DNA from: an uncultured Pseudomonadales bacterium | GTDB lineage: Bacteria; Patescibacteriota; Microgenomatia; UBA1400; UBA1396 | Length of the DNA: 64,000 bases | Reading direction: 5' to 3' | Assembly (NCBI GenBank): GCA_964603945.1 | Contig: CAZRWP010000001.1 | Span: 184,547 to 248,546, forward strand | Shown here: one piece after another, positions 29,594 to 41,775 of the stretch | Position numbering within the stretch: the stretch's first letter is position 1 | Layout of the letters: each line of letters starts with the position of its first letter | Translations under genes and position numbers: made by a program | Notes under the pieces: generated by a model | The model's database searches: none | What the model saw: the letters and a program-made list of their open reading frames with translations, nothing else | Told to the model about the DNA's origin: nothing

Positions 29594-30772
29594 TTAATTA
29601 AGAATCTCGGTCACGGCACCGGCTCCAACGGTCAGACCGCCTTCGCGAATAGCGAAGCGGAGACCCTGCTCGATGGCAATTGGAGTAATTAACTCGACTG
29701 ACATCTGAGCGTTATCACCAGGCATAACCATTTCGACACCTTCAGGGAGTTTGATCTCACCTGTTACGTCCGTAGTCCGGAGGTAAAATTGGGGTCGGTA
29801 TCCGGAGAAGAATGGTTTGTGACGACCACCCTCTTCCTTGGTCAAAATGAGCACCTCAGCCTTGAATTTGGTCTGAGGAGTCACGCTACCAGGCTTACAA
29901 AGCACCATACCGCGCTCAACTTCGTCCTTTTCAACACCGCGGAGTAATACGCCCACGTTGTCACCGGCTTGGCCTTCTTCCAGCTGCTTGCGGAACATTT
30001 CTACTCCGGTAACAGCGGTTTTCTTGTCAGCGCCCATACCCAAAATCTGGATTTCGTCGCCAACTTTGACTACACCGCGATCAATCCGGCCGGTAACAAC
30101 TGTACCACGACCCTTGATTGAAAAAACGTCTTCGATAGACATGAGGAATGGTTTGTCGGTCTCACGAATTGGATCTTCAATGTATTCGTCAACTGCCTTC
30201 ATAAGGTCAAGAACACCCTGCTCATATTTGGCATCGCCTTCCAGAGCCTTAAGAGCGGAAACGCGAACCACTGGAGTGTTGTCGCCATCGAAACCGTATT
30301 TGCTTAACAGCTCACGGACTTCCATCTCGACTAAATCTAACAGTTCTTCGTCATCCACCATATCAACCTTGTTTAAAGCGACAACCAAGCGAGGTACATT
30401 AACCTGCTTGGCCAGCAGAATGTGCTCACGAGTCTGAGGCATCGGACCATCACTAGCCGCGACCACCAAAATAGCACCGTCCATCTGGGCAGCACCGGTA
30501 ATCATGTTCTTGATGTAGTCAGCGTGACCTGGGGCATCAATGTGAGCGTAGTGTCTCTTTTCAGTCTCGTACTCGAGGTGAGAAATATTAATTGTCACAC
30601 CGCGAGCGGCTTCTTCTGGAGCATTATCAATGTCCAGATATCCTCTGGCATCAGCCAGACCTTGTTTTGCCAAGACGGTGGTGATGGCAGCCGTCAAAGT
30701 CGTTTTACCATGGTCGACGTGACCGATAGTGCCGATATTGACGTGTGGCTTTGTTCGTTGGTATGTTGCCAT
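29594..30772 (-). CDS. tuf: elongation factor Tu
   Basis: [19 protein letters not shown]-motifs. Confidence 0.97.
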   Translation of the reverse strand: MATYQRTKPHVNIGTIGHVDHGKTTLTAAITTVLAKQGLADARGYLDIDNAPEEAARGVTINISHLEYETEKRHYAHIDAPGHADYIKNMITGAAQMDGAILVVAASDGPMPQTREHILLAKQVNVPRLVVALNKVDMVDDEELLDLVEMEVRELLSKYGFDGDNTPVVRVSALKALEGDAKYEQGVLDLMKAVDEYIEDPIRETDKPFLMSIEDVFSIKGRGTVVTGRIDRGVVKVGDEIQILGMGADKKTAVTGVEMFRKQLEEGQAGDNVGVLLRGVEKDEVERGMVLCKPGSVTPQTKFKAEVLILTKEEGGRHKPFFSGYRPQFYLRTTDVTGEIKLPEGVEMVMPGDNAQMSVELITPIAIEQGLRFAIREGGLTVGAGAVTEILN

Positions 30773-30803
30773 ACGTAATCTCCTTTGTTTTTATCCTTTT
30801 TTC

Positions 30804-32939
30804 TTACTTTTGATTGCTTTCAACGATTGTTTGCGCAATATTAGTTGGGACAACTTCGTAATGCGCTGGCTCCATATAATAAGAAGCCCGACCTTGAGTC
30901 ATGCTCCGGATGATTGTAGCATACTTAGACATCTCAGCCAGAGGAACCAAAGCGATAATTATGACGGCTGCACCGCTCTCTTTGGTTGCTTGAACTGCGC
31001 CGCGGCGGCCTGATAAATCGCCAATGATGTCACCCATATATTCTTTAGGCGTGGTCACCTCAACCCGCATGATTGGTTCAAGTAACTGCATGCCAGCTTG
31101 TTTAACACCGTCCTGCAAGGCAATTGAACCTGCGATCTTGAAAGCGGCTTCCGAAGAGTCGACGTCATGGTAACTTCCGTCATAAACGGTAACTTTCATG
31201 TCAACCAGAGGGTAACCGGCCATCACGCCATTTCCCATGGCTTCTTTAACACCTTTTTCAATGGCAGGAATGAATTCACGCGGAATTACACCACCAGTGA
31301 TTTCATTGATGAACTCATAACCGGTTCCCCGATCCTTGGGCTCAAGTTTTAACCAACAATGACCATACTGACCGCGACCACCAGACTGGCGAATAAATTT
31401 ACCTTCTGATTCAACCGCTTTAGAAATGGTTTCGCGGTAAGCTACCTGAGGCGCACCCACATCAGCGTCAACTTTAAATTCACGCTTCATGCGGTCAACT
31501 AGAATTTCCAAATGCAGTTCGCCCATACCGGCAATGACTGTCTGGTTGGTTTCAGGATTATTCTTGATTTGGAAAGTTGGATCTTCTTCAGATAACTTGT
31601 TTAAAGCTAAAGCCATCTTTTCTTGGTCCGATTTGGTCCGAGGCTCAATGGCCAAGGAAATAACTGGTTCAGCAAATGAAATACCTTCCAGAATGATCGG
31701 TTTGCTCTCTTCACAGAGAGTATCTCCGGTCTTGGTGTCTTTCAAGCCAACTACCGCCACAATTTCACCAGCGTAAGCTTCATTAATTTCTTCACGCTGA
31801 TTGGCGTGCATCAACAGCAAACGGCCAATGCGCTCACGGGTATCGCGGGTGGCATTGTACAGATAACTACCTGACTCGAGTTTACCTGAGTAAATTCGAC
31901 AGTAAGTAATTCGACCGACATGTGGATCAGTCTGAATCTTAAAAGCCAACATCGATAAAGGCTCGCTGACCTTGAGCTCGCGAGTAACTTCTTCTTCAGT
32001 TCGAGGATTGGTGCCAGTAATTGAATCGATATCAACCGGTGAAGGCAGATATTCAACAATCGCGTCTAACAAAGGTTGAATGCCCATGTTGCGCAGGGAT
32101 GAACCACCGTACATCGGCACTAATTCGTAATTAATAACGGCTTTTCTCAAAGCTGTCTTGAGTTCATTAACCGAAATTTCTTCGCCATTAATAAATTTTT
32201 CCAGTAGAACCTCGTCAGTTTCGCAAATTAACTCAACTAACTGAGCCCGCAGTTCTTCTGCCTGAGCTTTGTACTCTTCTGGAATATCGATAATATCGTA
32301 AGGAGTTTCTGGTTCCTGGTCAGCCCACCATAAGGCGTTACGGTCAAGTAATTGGATCACGCCATGGAACTCATTTTCGGCGCCCATAGGCAGAACCATT
32401 ACAGCTGGCTTAACACCGAATTTTTGGCGGACATCTTCGACTACATTAAGAAAATTAGCGCCAACTTTGTCCATTTTGTTTACAAAACATAAACGAGGAA
32501 CATTGTATTTATCAGCTTGACGCCAGACAGTTTCTGATTGAGACTGCACGCCTTTGTCAGCGTCCAGAACCGTAATTCCACCATCTAGTACGCGCAGTGA
32601 GCGCTCCACTTCGGCGGTAAAGTCGACGTGGCCTGGGGTATCGATAATGTTAATTCGGTAGTTAGAATGAGGCAAAGCCGTATCTAAAACTGGCGTCCAG
32701 AAAGTAGTGGTCGCGGCTGACATAATCGTAATACCACGCTCACGCTCCTGGTCCATCCAGTCCATAATCGCTTCGCCTTCATGGACTTCACCAATCTTGT
32801 AGGATTTACCGGTGAAGTAAAGAATGCGCTCGGTTGTGGTGGTCTTGCCAGCATCAATGTGCGCGATAATGCCGATATTTCTAATTTGTTCCAGAGGAAC
32901 ATTACGGTCTTGAGTTTTAACAATTTGCGGAGTAGCCAT
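30804..32939 (-). CDS. fusA: elongation factor G
   Basis: [18 protein letters not shown] motifs; 711 aa. Confidence 0.97.
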   Translation of the reverse strand: MATPQIVKTQDRNVPLEQIRNIGIIAHIDAGKTTTTERILYFTGKSYKIGEVHEGEAIMDWMDQERERGITIMSAATTTFWTPVLDTALPHSNYRINIIDTPGHVDFTAEVERSLRVLDGGITVLDADKGVQSQSETVWRQADKYNVPRLCFVNKMDKVGANFLNVVEDVRQKFGVKPAVMVLPMGAENEFHGVIQLLDRNALWWADQEPETPYDIIDIPEEYKAQAEELRAQLVELICETDEVLLEKFINGEEISVNELKTALRKAVINYELVPMYGGSSLRNMGIQPLLDAIVEYLPSPVDIDSITGTNPRTEEEVTRELKVSEPLSMLAFKIQTDPHVGRITYCRIYSGKLESGSYLYNATRDTRERIGRLLLMHANQREEINEAYAGEIVAVVGLKDTKTGDTLCEESKPIILEGISFAEPVISLAIEPRTKSDQEKMALALNKLSEEDPTFQIKNNPETNQTVIAGMGELHLEILVDRMKREFKVDADVGAPQVAYRETISKAVESEGKFIRQSGGRGQYGHCWLKLEPKDRGTGYEFINEITGGVIPREFIPAIEKGVKEAMGNGVMAGYPLVDMKVTVYDGSYHDVDSSEAAFKIAGSIALQDGVKQAGMQLLEPIMRVEVTTPKEYMGDIIGDLSGRRGAVQATKESGAAVIIIALVPLAEMSKYATIIRSMTQGRASYYMEPAHYEVVPTNIAQTIVESNQK

Positions 32940-32961
32940 ACGCTTATCTTTCTAAAAAATA

Positions 32962-33438
32962 TTACCAGCGGAAGTGAGCAAACGCTTTATTCGCATCTGC
33001 CATTTTATGAGTTACAACTCGCTTCTGTACAGCCCCACCTTCTTCGTTCAAAGCGTCAAGCATTTCTGCGGACAGCTTATTGGCATAAGAATTGTAAACT
33101 TTATTGGGTCGTTTATTAGCTTCGTTAATGAGCCAGCGAATGGCTAATGAGGTCGCCCGGTGTTGACTGACCGGCATTGGTACCTGATAAGAAGCACCGC
33201 CGACACGGCGGGAACGGACTTCCATTGATGGAGCAACTTTGCGGAGTACTTCCTCCAAAACTTCAACCGGATCTCGGTTCAAAGTCTGGCGGATGATTTC
33301 CAAAGCCTGGTAAACCTGCTTTTGAGCGACGGTTTTTTTGCCGTCCTTCATGGAACGATTGATAAGTTTGGTGACCGCTACTGAGTTATAGCGCGGATCT
33401 GGATTTAGCTGACGTTTTACTGCCTTATTAGTACGCAT
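32962..33438 (-). CDS. rpsG: 30S ribosomal protein S7
   Basis: S7 family; str operon order rpsL-rpsG-fusA-tuf. Confidence 0.93.
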   Translation of the reverse strand: MRTNKAVKRQLNPDPRYNSVAVTKLINRSMKDGKKTVAQKQVYQALEIIRQTLNRDPVEVLEEVLRKVAPSMEVRSRRVGGASYQVPMPVSQHRATSLAIRWLINEANKRPNKVYNSYANKLSAEMLDALNEEGGAVQKRVVTHKMADANKAFAHFRW

Positions 33439-33471
33439 GTTATTCCTTTATCTTCTAAAATTTCTAAAATA

Positions 33472-33888
33472 TTATGCTTTTGATTTCTTGGCGCCATATT
33501 TGGAGCGAGAGGTCTTGCGGCCTTCCACGCCAGCGCAGTCATAAACACCGCGGACAATGTGATATTTCACACCTGGCAAGTCTTTAACGCGGCCACCGCG
33601 AACCAACACAATTGAGTGCTCAGCCAGATTGTGGCCTTCACCCTGAATGTAAGCGGTAACTTCCATTTTGTTAGACAAACGGACACGAGCGACTTTACGT
33701 AAAGCGGAGTTAGGTTTCTTAGGTGTCATGGTCTTAACCAAAGTACAAACACCGCGCTTTTGTGGGTTAGTAGTATGAATACTGCCGGTTTTGAGCGCAT
33801 TAAAAGAACGGCGTAAAGCCTGGGCTTTCACCTTTCTTGGTTTGTCTTTGCGTCCGCCCTTGCGGATTAATTGGTTAATTGTAGGCAC
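33472..33888 (-). CDS. rpsL: 30S ribosomal protein S12
   Basis: [13 protein letters not shown]… and [11 protein letters not shown] signature. Confidence 0.95.
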   Translation of the reverse strand: MPTINQLIRKGGRKDKPRKVKAQALRRSFNALKTGSIHTTNPQKRGVCTLVKTMTPKKPNSALRKVARVRLSNKMEVTAYIQGEGHNLAEHSIVLVRGGRVKDLPGVKYHIVRGVYDCAGVEGRKTSRSKYGAKKSKA

Positions 33889-34130
33889 GTAACTCTCCTT
33901 TTTGCTTTAGTAGCGTCGTTTTTACTTATTAAATGAGGGGAACTAGAGTTTTTAAGTGTTACTCAATGACCTTTGGCCACTGTCCCTTCACACGTTCTCA
34001 GGGGTTGCCTGAGAATTGAAAGTATACCATAGGACAGGGAAAACTCTAGTAGTGTAATTGTCTATTTTGATTTTTGGAAAGGATGATGGTGAGGTGACGT
34101 TGGCACTATCCAAAAATCAATGTTGTTGGG

Positions 34131-34228
34131 GGGGTAATGGTTAACGACTTTTGCGCTATCCATTCGCCATGTCCATGGCGAGCGCAACAAGCCATATCTC
34201 TATGGCGTGTCGTTAAACCATTATCCCC
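34131..34228 (-). other. large structured element immediately 3' of rpoC: ~18-bp stem (GGGGTAATGGTTAACGAC / GTCGTTAAACCATTATCCCC, two 1-nt bulges) enclosing an inner GC hairpin (GCGCT…CGCCATG TC CATGGCG AGCGC)
   Basis: Inverted repeats read directly; located 11 nt after rpoC stop within 350-nt rpoC-rpsL spacer. Confidence 0.6.
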
Positions 34229-34238
34229 TGCCAACAAC

Positions 34239-37200
34239 CTACATTTCAATCTGCGCGCGTTCCGGCGAGGTCGGGATTAAACGTCCAATAATGACGTTTT
34301 CCTTTAGACCAAGCAAGCGATCGTACTTGCCCTGAGAGGCGGCCTGCGTCAACACGTTAGTGGTGTGCTGGAAGGAAGCCGCTGACAACCAACTCTCGGT
34401 GTAGAGAGCGGCGCGGGTAATACCTAGAATCAGAACCTGAGCGGTAGAAGGCTCTCCGCCTTCGGCCATCACAGCTTCATTTTCTTCTCTAAAGCGCATA
34501 CGGTCAACAATTTCGCCCGGTAAGAGCGAAGTGTCACCGGCTGTCTCAATCATGACTTTGTCACTCATCTTGGAGATAGTCACCTCAAAGTGCTTGTCAT
34601 GAATCGAGATGCCCTGTGACTCATAAACTCGTTGGATTTCATCCAGCAAGTATTGCTGAGCCGCCCGCATGCCACGCAGTTTCAAAATATCGCGAATATC
34701 CAGAACACCGCTGGCTAGTTGAGAGCCGGCGTGAACTAGTTCATCGTCAGATACCATAATCTTGGTGGTCTTAGGTACGGTGTAAGTCTTAACTTCTTCA
34801 GGTTTGCCATTACCAGTAATGGTGATTTCGTTTACGTCGTCCTTTTCTACCACGGTTACTTTACCGGTGATTTCCGCAATAGGGGCCAAACCCTTAGGAT
34901 TGCGAATTTCAAACAGCTCTTCCACACGAGGTAGGCCCTGGGTAACATCGAGACCGACAATACCACCAGAGTGCTTCACCCGCATAGTTAGTTGAGTTCC
35001 TGGCTCACCAATTGACTGAGCCGAGACAACACCAACTGGTGTTCCGATATCAACCACTTTTTTGGTGGAGAAATCCCAGCCGTAACACTTGGCACACATA
35101 CCAACCGGCAGTTGACAGGTTAGAGGTGAGCGAACCCACACACTAGCCACATCACTGGCGTCGATCTTAGCTGACAACTCATCATCGATAATCTCGTTAC
35201 GAGCAACCAATACTTCACCAGCTGAATTGACCACATCCCTGGCGGCGAACCGGCCATGAATGCGCTTGGCAAACACCTTAGAGCGCTCGCCTGCGCGGAC
35301 AATCTCGAGTCCTTCTTCGGTTTCACAATCGTGAGCGCGAATGATGGAGTCATGAGCCACATCACAAAGACGGCGAGTTAGGTAACCGGCGTCAGCCGTT
35401 TTAAGGGCGGAGTCAGTCAGACCTTTACGAGATCCGCGAGATGAGGTCACATATTCAAAAATGGTGAGACCTTCACGGAAATTAGACTTGGTAGGCATTT
35501 CCACAATCCGACCCATCGGGTCAACCACGAGTCCACGCATAGCGGATAGCTGTTTAACCTGATCTTTTGAGGCACGAGTTCCACCTGAATTGATAATGAC
35601 CTTAATAGCGTTATTAACCGCCATGTTGTCCCAGGTCTTATCGGCCACCTCGTCAGTTGTCTTCATCCAGATTTCAAAAGTTAAACGGCGCTTCTCTTCC
35701 TGAGTAATTAAACCCTGAAGATAACTTTCCTGAACTTCTTCAGCCTTTTTGTTGGCAACTAAGACAATATCTTCCTTTTCTGGAATCATCGTACAGTCAG
35801 ACACTGCCACAGACAAACCAGAGTTAGTAGCCGTCTCAAAACCGATGTCTTTGATGGCGTCGATCATCTCAGCTGTTTTATCGCTGTCTAAACGGTCAAT
35901 GGCATTGCGGACCAGATCTTTAATCTTGCCGGCGTTAACTTCTTCGTTCATGTACTCGATTTCTTCTGGCAAGACGTTGTTGAACTTGATGCGACCCACG
36001 GTAGTTTCAATTCGCTCCGTTGTGCCATCAGCTCGTTCAATCCGAACCTCAATTGGTTGGCGTAAGGTAATTAACCCCAGTTGAAGTGCCTGTTCGGCTT
36101 CCAAGGTAGAAGCAAACACAATCTTAGATTTTTCAGCGAAAGAATCAATCGAGGTCAGATAATACACACCTAAAGCCATTTCCTTGTTAGGAATGGTAAT
36201 CGGAGTCATATCAGCTGGCTTGAGCAAATTATGCTGAGGCATCATCTGTTCAACCGCTTCCTTAATTGATTGTTTGCTTAAAGGTACATGTACAGCCATT
36301 TGGTCACCATCAAAGTCAGCGTTGTAACCAGCACAGACACAAGGGTGCAAACGAATAGCACTTCCCTCAACCAAAACCGGATAGAAAGCTTGAATTCCAA
36401 GCTTATGCAAAGTTGGAGCACGGTTTAGCAAGACTGGATGGTTTTTGGTAATAGATTCCAAAATGTCATACACCACATCCTGGCGGCGTTCCAGCATGAA
36501 CTTAGCACTGCGGATATTTGGGGCGTAACCCAATTTGATCAGTTCGCGCAAGACAAAAGGCTTGAACATTTCCAAGGCCATTTCCTTAGGCAAACCGCAC
36601 TGATTAAGCTTGAGTTCTGGACCAACCACAATCACTGAACGACCGGAATAGTCAACCCGTTTACCCAAGAGGTTCTGGCGGAAACGTCCTTGCTTACCGC
36701 GTAGCATCTCAGATAAAGACTTAAGCGGGCGGCGGCGGACGCGGCGCGAACTGCGGGCATGGGCACTATCAATTAAAGCGTCGACAGCTTCCTGAAGCAT
36801 CCGTTTTTCATTACGCAAAATGATTTCCGGCGCACCCAAGTTAATTAAGTGGCGCAAACGGTTGTTGCGGTTAATTACTCGGCGGTACAGATCATTTAGG
36901 TCCGAGGCCGCAAAACGGCCGCCGGACAATTGGACCATTGGGCGCAAATCTGGTGGTAGAACCGGCAGAGCTTTCTGGAACATCCACTCTGGTTTTTGAC
37001 CACTGCGGCGAAAGCCTTCAACAATACGCAGACGCTTGGTTGCCTTAACGCGGCGCTGGCCGGTAGCGGTCAGAACTTCTTCTTTGAGCTGTTCAGCCAA
37101 TTGGTTAAGGTCAATTTCCTTAATGACTTCCAGCAAGGCTTCGGCACCCATGCCTAAACGCAGGTGATCGACAGCATTATATTCAGCTAGCTTAAGGTAT

Positions 37201-37994
37201 TCGTCTTCAAACAGGATTGAGTGCTTGGAAATCTTCTTAACCATCTCCATGATGGTGTCGTAAATCTCATCCGAGTTCTCTTTATCCTGTTCCAGCTGAT
37301 CCTTAATGGAGGCCATTCGTTGTTTAGTCTTTAGCTTAATTTCATCAGTTTTTAAAGCTAGATTTTCTTTATCCTTGATCTGTTGTTTAGCTACTTCCAA
37401 ATCAGAAAGCAACTTCTCTCTAACTTCTTCAACTGTATTCTTAGCTTCTTCTTCCAGCTGTTCCTTGGCGGCTTCGCGGTCTGATTCCAGTTGTTCCAAA
37501 ATGACTTGCTTAGCAGAGCTATCTACACCCAGCACAATGTACTTACTAAAGTAAATAATTGAACTCAGGTTGCGGGGACTGATGTCCAGTAAGAGTGACA
37601 AAGCAGACGGAGCACCCTTGAAATACCAAATGTGGACTGCCGGCACGGCTAGTTCAATATGGCCTAAGCGCTCGCGGCGGACACGGCTTTGGGTAATTTC
37701 AGTACCACATTTATCACAAACAATCCCTTTATAGCGATAACCTTTGTACTTGCCACAGAAACACTGCCAGTCGCGGGTTGGTCCGAAGATTTCTTCGGCA
37801 AATAACCCACCTTTTTCGGTTTTCTGAGTTCGGTAGTTGATGGTTTCAGCTTTAACCACTTCACCATATGACCATTCACGAATTTCCTCTGGAGAAGCTA
37901 GACTTATACGCAAGGATTCAAAGTCCAGAATTCGCTCTTCCGTTTTGCGACTATTGGATTGAAAACCGGTTTGAGTGTCGGTGTTTGGTGTCAT
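34239..37994 (-). CDS. rpoC: DNA-directed RNA polymerase subunit beta' (start at MTPNT with SD GGGAGAGGAG; ORF-track start 38039 would overlap rpoB)
   Basis: Zn-finger [30 protein letters not shown] catalytic motif. Confidence 0.95.
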   Translation of the reverse strand: MTPNTDTQTGFQSNSRKTEERILDFESLRISLASPEEIREWSYGEVVKAETINYRTQKTEKGGLFAEEIFGPTRDWQCFCGKYKGYRYKGIVCDKCGTEITQSRVRRERLGHIELAVPAVHIWYFKGAPSALSLLLDISPRNLSSIIYFSKYIVLGVDSSAKQVILEQLESDREAAKEQLEEEAKNTVEEVREKLLSDLEVAKQQIKDKENLALKTDEIKLKTKQRMASIKDQLEQDKENSDEIYDTIMEMVKKISKHSILFEDEYLKLAEYNAVDHLRLGMGAEALLEVIKEIDLNQLAEQLKEEVLTATGQRRVKATKRLRIVEGFRRSGQKPEWMFQKALPVLPPDLRPMVQLSGGRFAASDLNDLYRRVINRNNRLRHLINLGAPEIILRNEKRMLQEAVDALIDSAHARSSRRVRRRPLKSLSEMLRGKQGRFRQNLLGKRVDYSGRSVIVVGPELKLNQCGLPKEMALEMFKPFVLRELIKLGYAPNIRSAKFMLERRQDVVYDILESITKNHPVLLNRAPTLHKLGIQAFYPVLVEGSAIRLHPCVCAGYNADFDGDQMAVHVPLSKQSIKEAVEQMMPQHNLLKPADMTPITIPNKEMALGVYYLTSIDSFAEKSKIVFASTLEAEQALQLGLITLRQPIEVRIERADGTTERIETTVGRIKFNNVLPEEIEYMNEEVNAGKIKDLVRNAIDRLDSDKTAEMIDAIKDIGFETATNSGLSVAVSDCTMIPEKEDIVLVANKKAEEVQESYLQGLITQEEKRRLTFEIWMKTTDEVADKTWDNMAVNNAIKVIINSGGTRASKDQVKQLSAMRGLVVDPMGRIVEMPTKSNFREGLTIFEYVTSSRGSRKGLTDSALKTADAGYLTRRLCDVAHDSIIRAHDCETEEGLEIVRAGERSKVFAKRIHGRFAARDVVNSAGEVLVARNEIIDDELSAKIDASDVASVWVRSPLTCQLPVGMCAKCYGWDFSTKKVVDIGTPVGVVSAQSIGEPGTQLTMRVKHSGGIVGLDVTQGLPRVEELFEIRNPKGLAPIAEITGKVTVVEKDDVNEITITGNGKPEEVKTYTVPKTTKIMVSDDELVHAGSQLASGVLDIRDILKLRGMRAAQQYLLDEIQRVYESQGISIHDKHFEVTISKMSDKVMIETAGDTSLLPGEIVDRMRFREENEAVMAEGGEPSTAQVLILGITRAALYTESWLSAASFQHTTNVLTQAASQGKYDRLLGLKENVIIGRLIPTSPERAQIEM

Positions 37995-37995
37995 A

Positions 37996-40900
37996 TTAGT
38001 TCTCCTCTCCCTCAGCCGACGTAGTGCGAATGGCGGCATTTTCCTCGTCAGTCATTTCTTCATCAATTTCGGTAGGATCTTCAACTTCAGAATCCTCTGG
38101 TAAAGATTCATCTAACTCAGATTCTTCATCAGCTAAAATTTCAGATGTTTCGTCGGCATCTTCAAGCGCCAACTCAGTCTCAGCGTCATCAGCCAGATCA
38201 ACCGCTGGAGTTTCTTCTTCCTCTTGGACCGTGGCTTCGACCATGTCAATCTTCAAACCTAAAGCGTTAAGTTCTCTAACTAACACGCGGAATGATTCAG
38301 GCACGGAAGCGCCTGGAATAACATCATCGGAAACAATAGCTTCAAAAGCTTTAGCACGACCAACCACGTCATCAGACTTAATAGTTAACATTTCCTGAAG
38401 AGTATGAGCCGCTTTGTGAGCTTGGAGAGCCCAGACTTCCATTTCTCCCAAACGCTGACCACCCATTTGAGCTCGGCCGCCAAGTGGCTGCTGAGTCACT
38501 AAGGAGTAAGGCCCAGTCGAACGGGCATGAGTTTTATCCTCAACCATGTGAACCAACTTAAGAATGTAAGCTACACCAACGGTTGTTTTCTCGGTATAGG
38601 GATCACCGGTGCGGCCATCAAATAATTGAGCTTTTCCAGAATTTGGCAAGCCAGCTCGTTCGAGCTCTTTCCAAATCCGCTCTTCTTTACTCTCTTCAAA
38701 GACAGGCACGGCCACTCGATAACCAAGTGTTTGAGCCGCCCAGCCCAGATGAGCCTCCAAAAGCTGTCCCATGTTCATGCGGGCCAGCACGGAAAGTGGC
38801 GAAATAATGATGTCCACCGGAGTTCCATCTTCCAGATACGGCATATCCTCGACTGGCACGACTTTGGAGATAACACCTTTGTTACCATGACGGCCAGCCA
38901 ATTTATCACCGATCATAATTTTGCGAAGTTGTGCAACTCGGACAATCACGCGTTTGTTAACGCCGGTTTCCAGTTCGTCACCGCGATCGCGATCTAAAAC
39001 AATTACGTCAATAACGGTTCCGCTTTCACCATTAGGCATGCGGAGTGAGGTGTCTTTGACTTCGCGAGCTTTTTCACCAAAAATGGCGCGCAGTAAACGC
39101 TCTTCCGAGCTGAGTTCAGTTTCACCCTTAGGAGCAATCTTACCGACTAAAATATCTCCAGCCTGGACTTGACTGCCCACGGCCACAATACCTTCTTCAT
39201 CCAGATTGCGTAGCTCAACTTCACTAACATTTGGAATATCGCGAGTTAATTCTTCCGGACCCAATTTAGTATCCATAACTTCAGTCTCGTATTCGCTGAT
39301 ATAGATCGAGCTAAGACTGTCGTCTTTAACTAATCGGTCAGAAATAATGATGGCATCTTCATAATCCAATCCATCAAAGGAAGTGTAAGCGATCACCAAG
39401 TTCTGACCAAGAGCCAGCTCACCATTATCAGTGGAAGGACCATCAATCAGTAAATCGTTGACCTTAACTTTATCGCCTTGCTTAACCACTGGACGCTGGG
39501 TGTAACAGGTACTTTGAGAAGTGCGAATAAATTTGCGTAGGTGATAAGTCAAGACATCTCCCTTGAGATCCATGTTCTCACCTTGCTTTAATTCAGCATC
39601 TTTTTTGGCTCTGTCCAAGTCCTTGCCAGAAAGTTTTAACTTAATAATGTTAGCGTCAACATCTTCAACGGTACCAGCGTACTTGGCATAAATGGTGTGA
39701 CCCATCGCTCTGGAAATTTCTGATTCCATGCCAGTACCAATAGTTGGCGCAGTTGGGCGAACCAAAGGCACAGCCTGACATTGCATGTGAGAGCCCATCA
39801 AAGCACGGTTAGCTTCGTCATGAGAAATAAACGGAATTAAAGAAGCGGAAGAACCCACCACCTGGCGCGGAATAACATCAATATACTGAACATTTTCCAC
39901 CGGACCTTCGATGAATTCATTATTGTGGCGCATTGGAATCCATTCCTGAGTAATGTAGCCATCTTTGTCGACTTCAATTTCTGAATGGGTAATGTACAGA
40001 TCCTGCTCGTCATCTGCCTGCAGATAATCAATTTCCGGCTGAACACGCATCTTAATACCATTTTTGGTCTCTTCTTTAACCACCTTGTGATAAGGCGCTT
40101 CCAAAAATCCATAGTTATTTACGCGGGTATATAAAGCCAAATAGGTCACCAAACCAATGTTTGGACCTTCAGGCGAACGGACCGGGTCGATACGGGAATA
40201 CTGAGAAGCGTTAATATCACGCATCGAGAATGAAGCGCGTTCGCGCGTCACACCGCCAGTTCCCATCACCGATAAACGGCGCAGGTTATCAACTTCAGCT
40301 AACGGATTTGTCTGATCCAAAATGGTCGACAAACGGTTACGGCGGAAGAATTCCGAAATCGTGGCGATTAACGGTCGGGCATTAATTAAAGATGAAGGCG
40401 AAAGCTCTTCACCAGTTTTAGTCAGAGACATTTTTTCACGAATTGAGCGTTCAAGTCTGAGCAAACCAACCCGAAAAGCCACGGTTTCTACCAGTTCACC
40501 CACACGACGGACACGGCGGTTACTTAAATGGTCGATATCATCCACGTATCCATGGCCGTTTTGTAGATTAATTAAGTATTTAAAGGCCGACACAATATCG
40601 TCTTTAGTCAGGACATTGGCTCGAGTATCATCATCAGACTTAACCTCTAAACCTAAACGGCGGTTAAGCTTGTAACGGCCAACTCGACTGAGGTCATAGC
40701 GGCGCGGATTAAAAAATAAATCCTGCAGTAATTCCTGGGCGCCTTCTAAAGTTGCAGGCTCACCAGGGCGCAGTTTTTCATAAAGCTCAATTAATGCTTC
40801 ACTTTGTGTTTTGGTGGGATCCTTGTCAATGGTGTTTTGGACATAGCGCACATCTTCATCAACATCTACATCACTAAATAAGTCCAAAATCTGCTCATCA

Positions 40901-41502
40901 GCCTCAAAACCCAAAGCACGCAATAATACCGTACCAGCAAACTTCCGGTTACGGTCAATTTTTACGGTCAAAACATCGCGGCGGCCAACCGAAACTTCCA
41001 GCCAAGAACCACGCATTGGGCGCAGTTCAGCTCGGTAAAGCATTCGACCAGTGCGGGGATCTTCCTCACCGGCAAAGAAAATACCAGGGGAGCGAACCAA
41101 TTGGTTCACCACTGCGCGATCAACACCATTGATTACAAAAGTACCGGCTTCAGTCATTAAAGGAATGTCGCCCATGAAAACTTCTTGGATGACGGTGTCG
41201 CTAGTGCGCAGATTAGTCAGGGTAACTTCAACCCGCAGAGGGGCATCATAAGTTAAGCCTTTAAGGCGAGCTTCATCAGGGGTAAGTTTGGGTTCATCAA
41301 AATAGTGTTTACCGAAAACCAGTTTCCAGTTTTTGCCGGTAAAATCAACAATGCCGCCGTTTTCATTAATTTCGGCAAAAGCATCTTGAATTCCTTGTCT
41401 CAAAAACGCGTCGTAAGATTCTTTTTGAACTTCGGTAAGATCGATATTAGGGAGAGTGATACCGGTCTTTCCCCAATATTGACGAGGGCTATTAGTCGCC
41501 AT
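37996..41502 (-). CDS. rpoB: DNA-directed RNA polymerase subunit beta, with ~80-aa poly-acidic C-terminal tail
   Basis: Conserved beta regions throughout; C-terminus [40 protein letters not shown]…. Confidence 0.95.
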   Translation of the reverse strand: MATNSPRQYWGKTGITLPNIDLTEVQKESYDAFLRQGIQDAFAEINENGGIVDFTGKNWKLVFGKHYFDEPKLTPDEARLKGLTYDAPLRVEVTLTNLRTSDTVIQEVFMGDIPLMTEAGTFVINGVDRAVVNQLVRSPGIFFAGEEDPRTGRMLYRAELRPMRGSWLEVSVGRRDVLTVKIDRNRKFAGTVLLRALGFEADEQILDLFSDVDVDEDVRYVQNTIDKDPTKTQSEALIELYEKLRPGEPATLEGAQELLQDLFFNPRRYDLSRVGRYKLNRRLGLEVKSDDDTRANVLTKDDIVSAFKYLINLQNGHGYVDDIDHLSNRRVRRVGELVETVAFRVGLLRLERSIREKMSLTKTGEELSPSSLINARPLIATISEFFRRNRLSTILDQTNPLAEVDNLRRLSVMGTGGVTRERASFSMRDINASQYSRIDPVRSPEGPNIGLVTYLALYTRVNNYGFLEAPYHKVVKEETKNGIKMRVQPEIDYLQADDEQDLYITHSEIEVDKDGYITQEWIPMRHNNEFIEGPVENVQYIDVIPRQVVGSSASLIPFISHDEANRALMGSHMQCQAVPLVRPTAPTIGTGMESEISRAMGHTIYAKYAGTVEDVDANIIKLKLSGKDLDRAKKDAELKQGENMDLKGDVLTYHLRKFIRTSQSTCYTQRPVVKQGDKVKVNDLLIDGPSTDNGELALGQNLVIAYTSFDGLDYEDAIIISDRLVKDDSLSSIYISEYETEVMDTKLGPEELTRDIPNVSEVELRNLDEEGIVAVGSQVQAGDILVGKIAPKGETELSSEERLLRAIFGEKAREVKDTSLRMPNGESGTVIDVIVLDRDRGDELETGVNKRVIVRVAQLRKIMIGDKLAGRHGNKGVISKVVPVEDMPYLEDGTPVDIIISPLSVLARMNMGQLLEAHLGWAAQTLGYRVAVPVFEESKEERIWKELERAGLPNSGKAQLFDGRTGDPYTEKTTVGVAYILKLVHMVEDKTHARSTGPYSLVTQQPLGGRAQMGGQRLGEMEVWALQAHKAAHTLQEMLTIKSDDVVGRAKAFEAIVSDDVIPGASVPESFRVLVRELNALGLKIDMVEATVQEEEETPAVDLADDAETELALEDADETSEILADEESELDESLPEDSEVEDPTEIDEEMTDEENAAIRTTSAEGEEN

Positions 41503-41726
41503 AGATGGTGCTTCCTTTTTTACTCTTTTCCTTGACTGTCACCTGGAATGAGCTTCCTCCGTTAGCACCAAGAGTTTAATAAATATTTTGCTCCGCCCAG
41601 TCTGGACAAGAGTATTTTTTAAACTTATTTGTGTTTCACCAGAAACATCCTCACAGCGATGAACGGGAATTATAGCGAATTGAGCTTGGGAATGCAAGAA
41701 GATGAAATGAGCTAAAACTCGAAATG

Positions 41727-41752
41727 AAAAGGAGGTCGAGAGACCTCCTTTT
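41727..41752 (-). terminator. rho-independent terminator downstream of groEL (AAAAGGAGGTC-GAGA-GACCTCCTTTT)
   Basis: Perfect 9-bp stem flanked by A/T runs, 24 nt after groEL stop. Confidence 0.7.
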
Positions 41753-41775
41753 CACTCATTTCTTAATCTTAATCT

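Noticed and set aside
38024-38398. Ser-rich 124-aa plus-strand ORF
   Set aside because: Antisense to the acidic C-terminal tail of rpoB (GAA/GAT-rich DNA reads as Ser/Ile-rich on the opposite strand); artefact.
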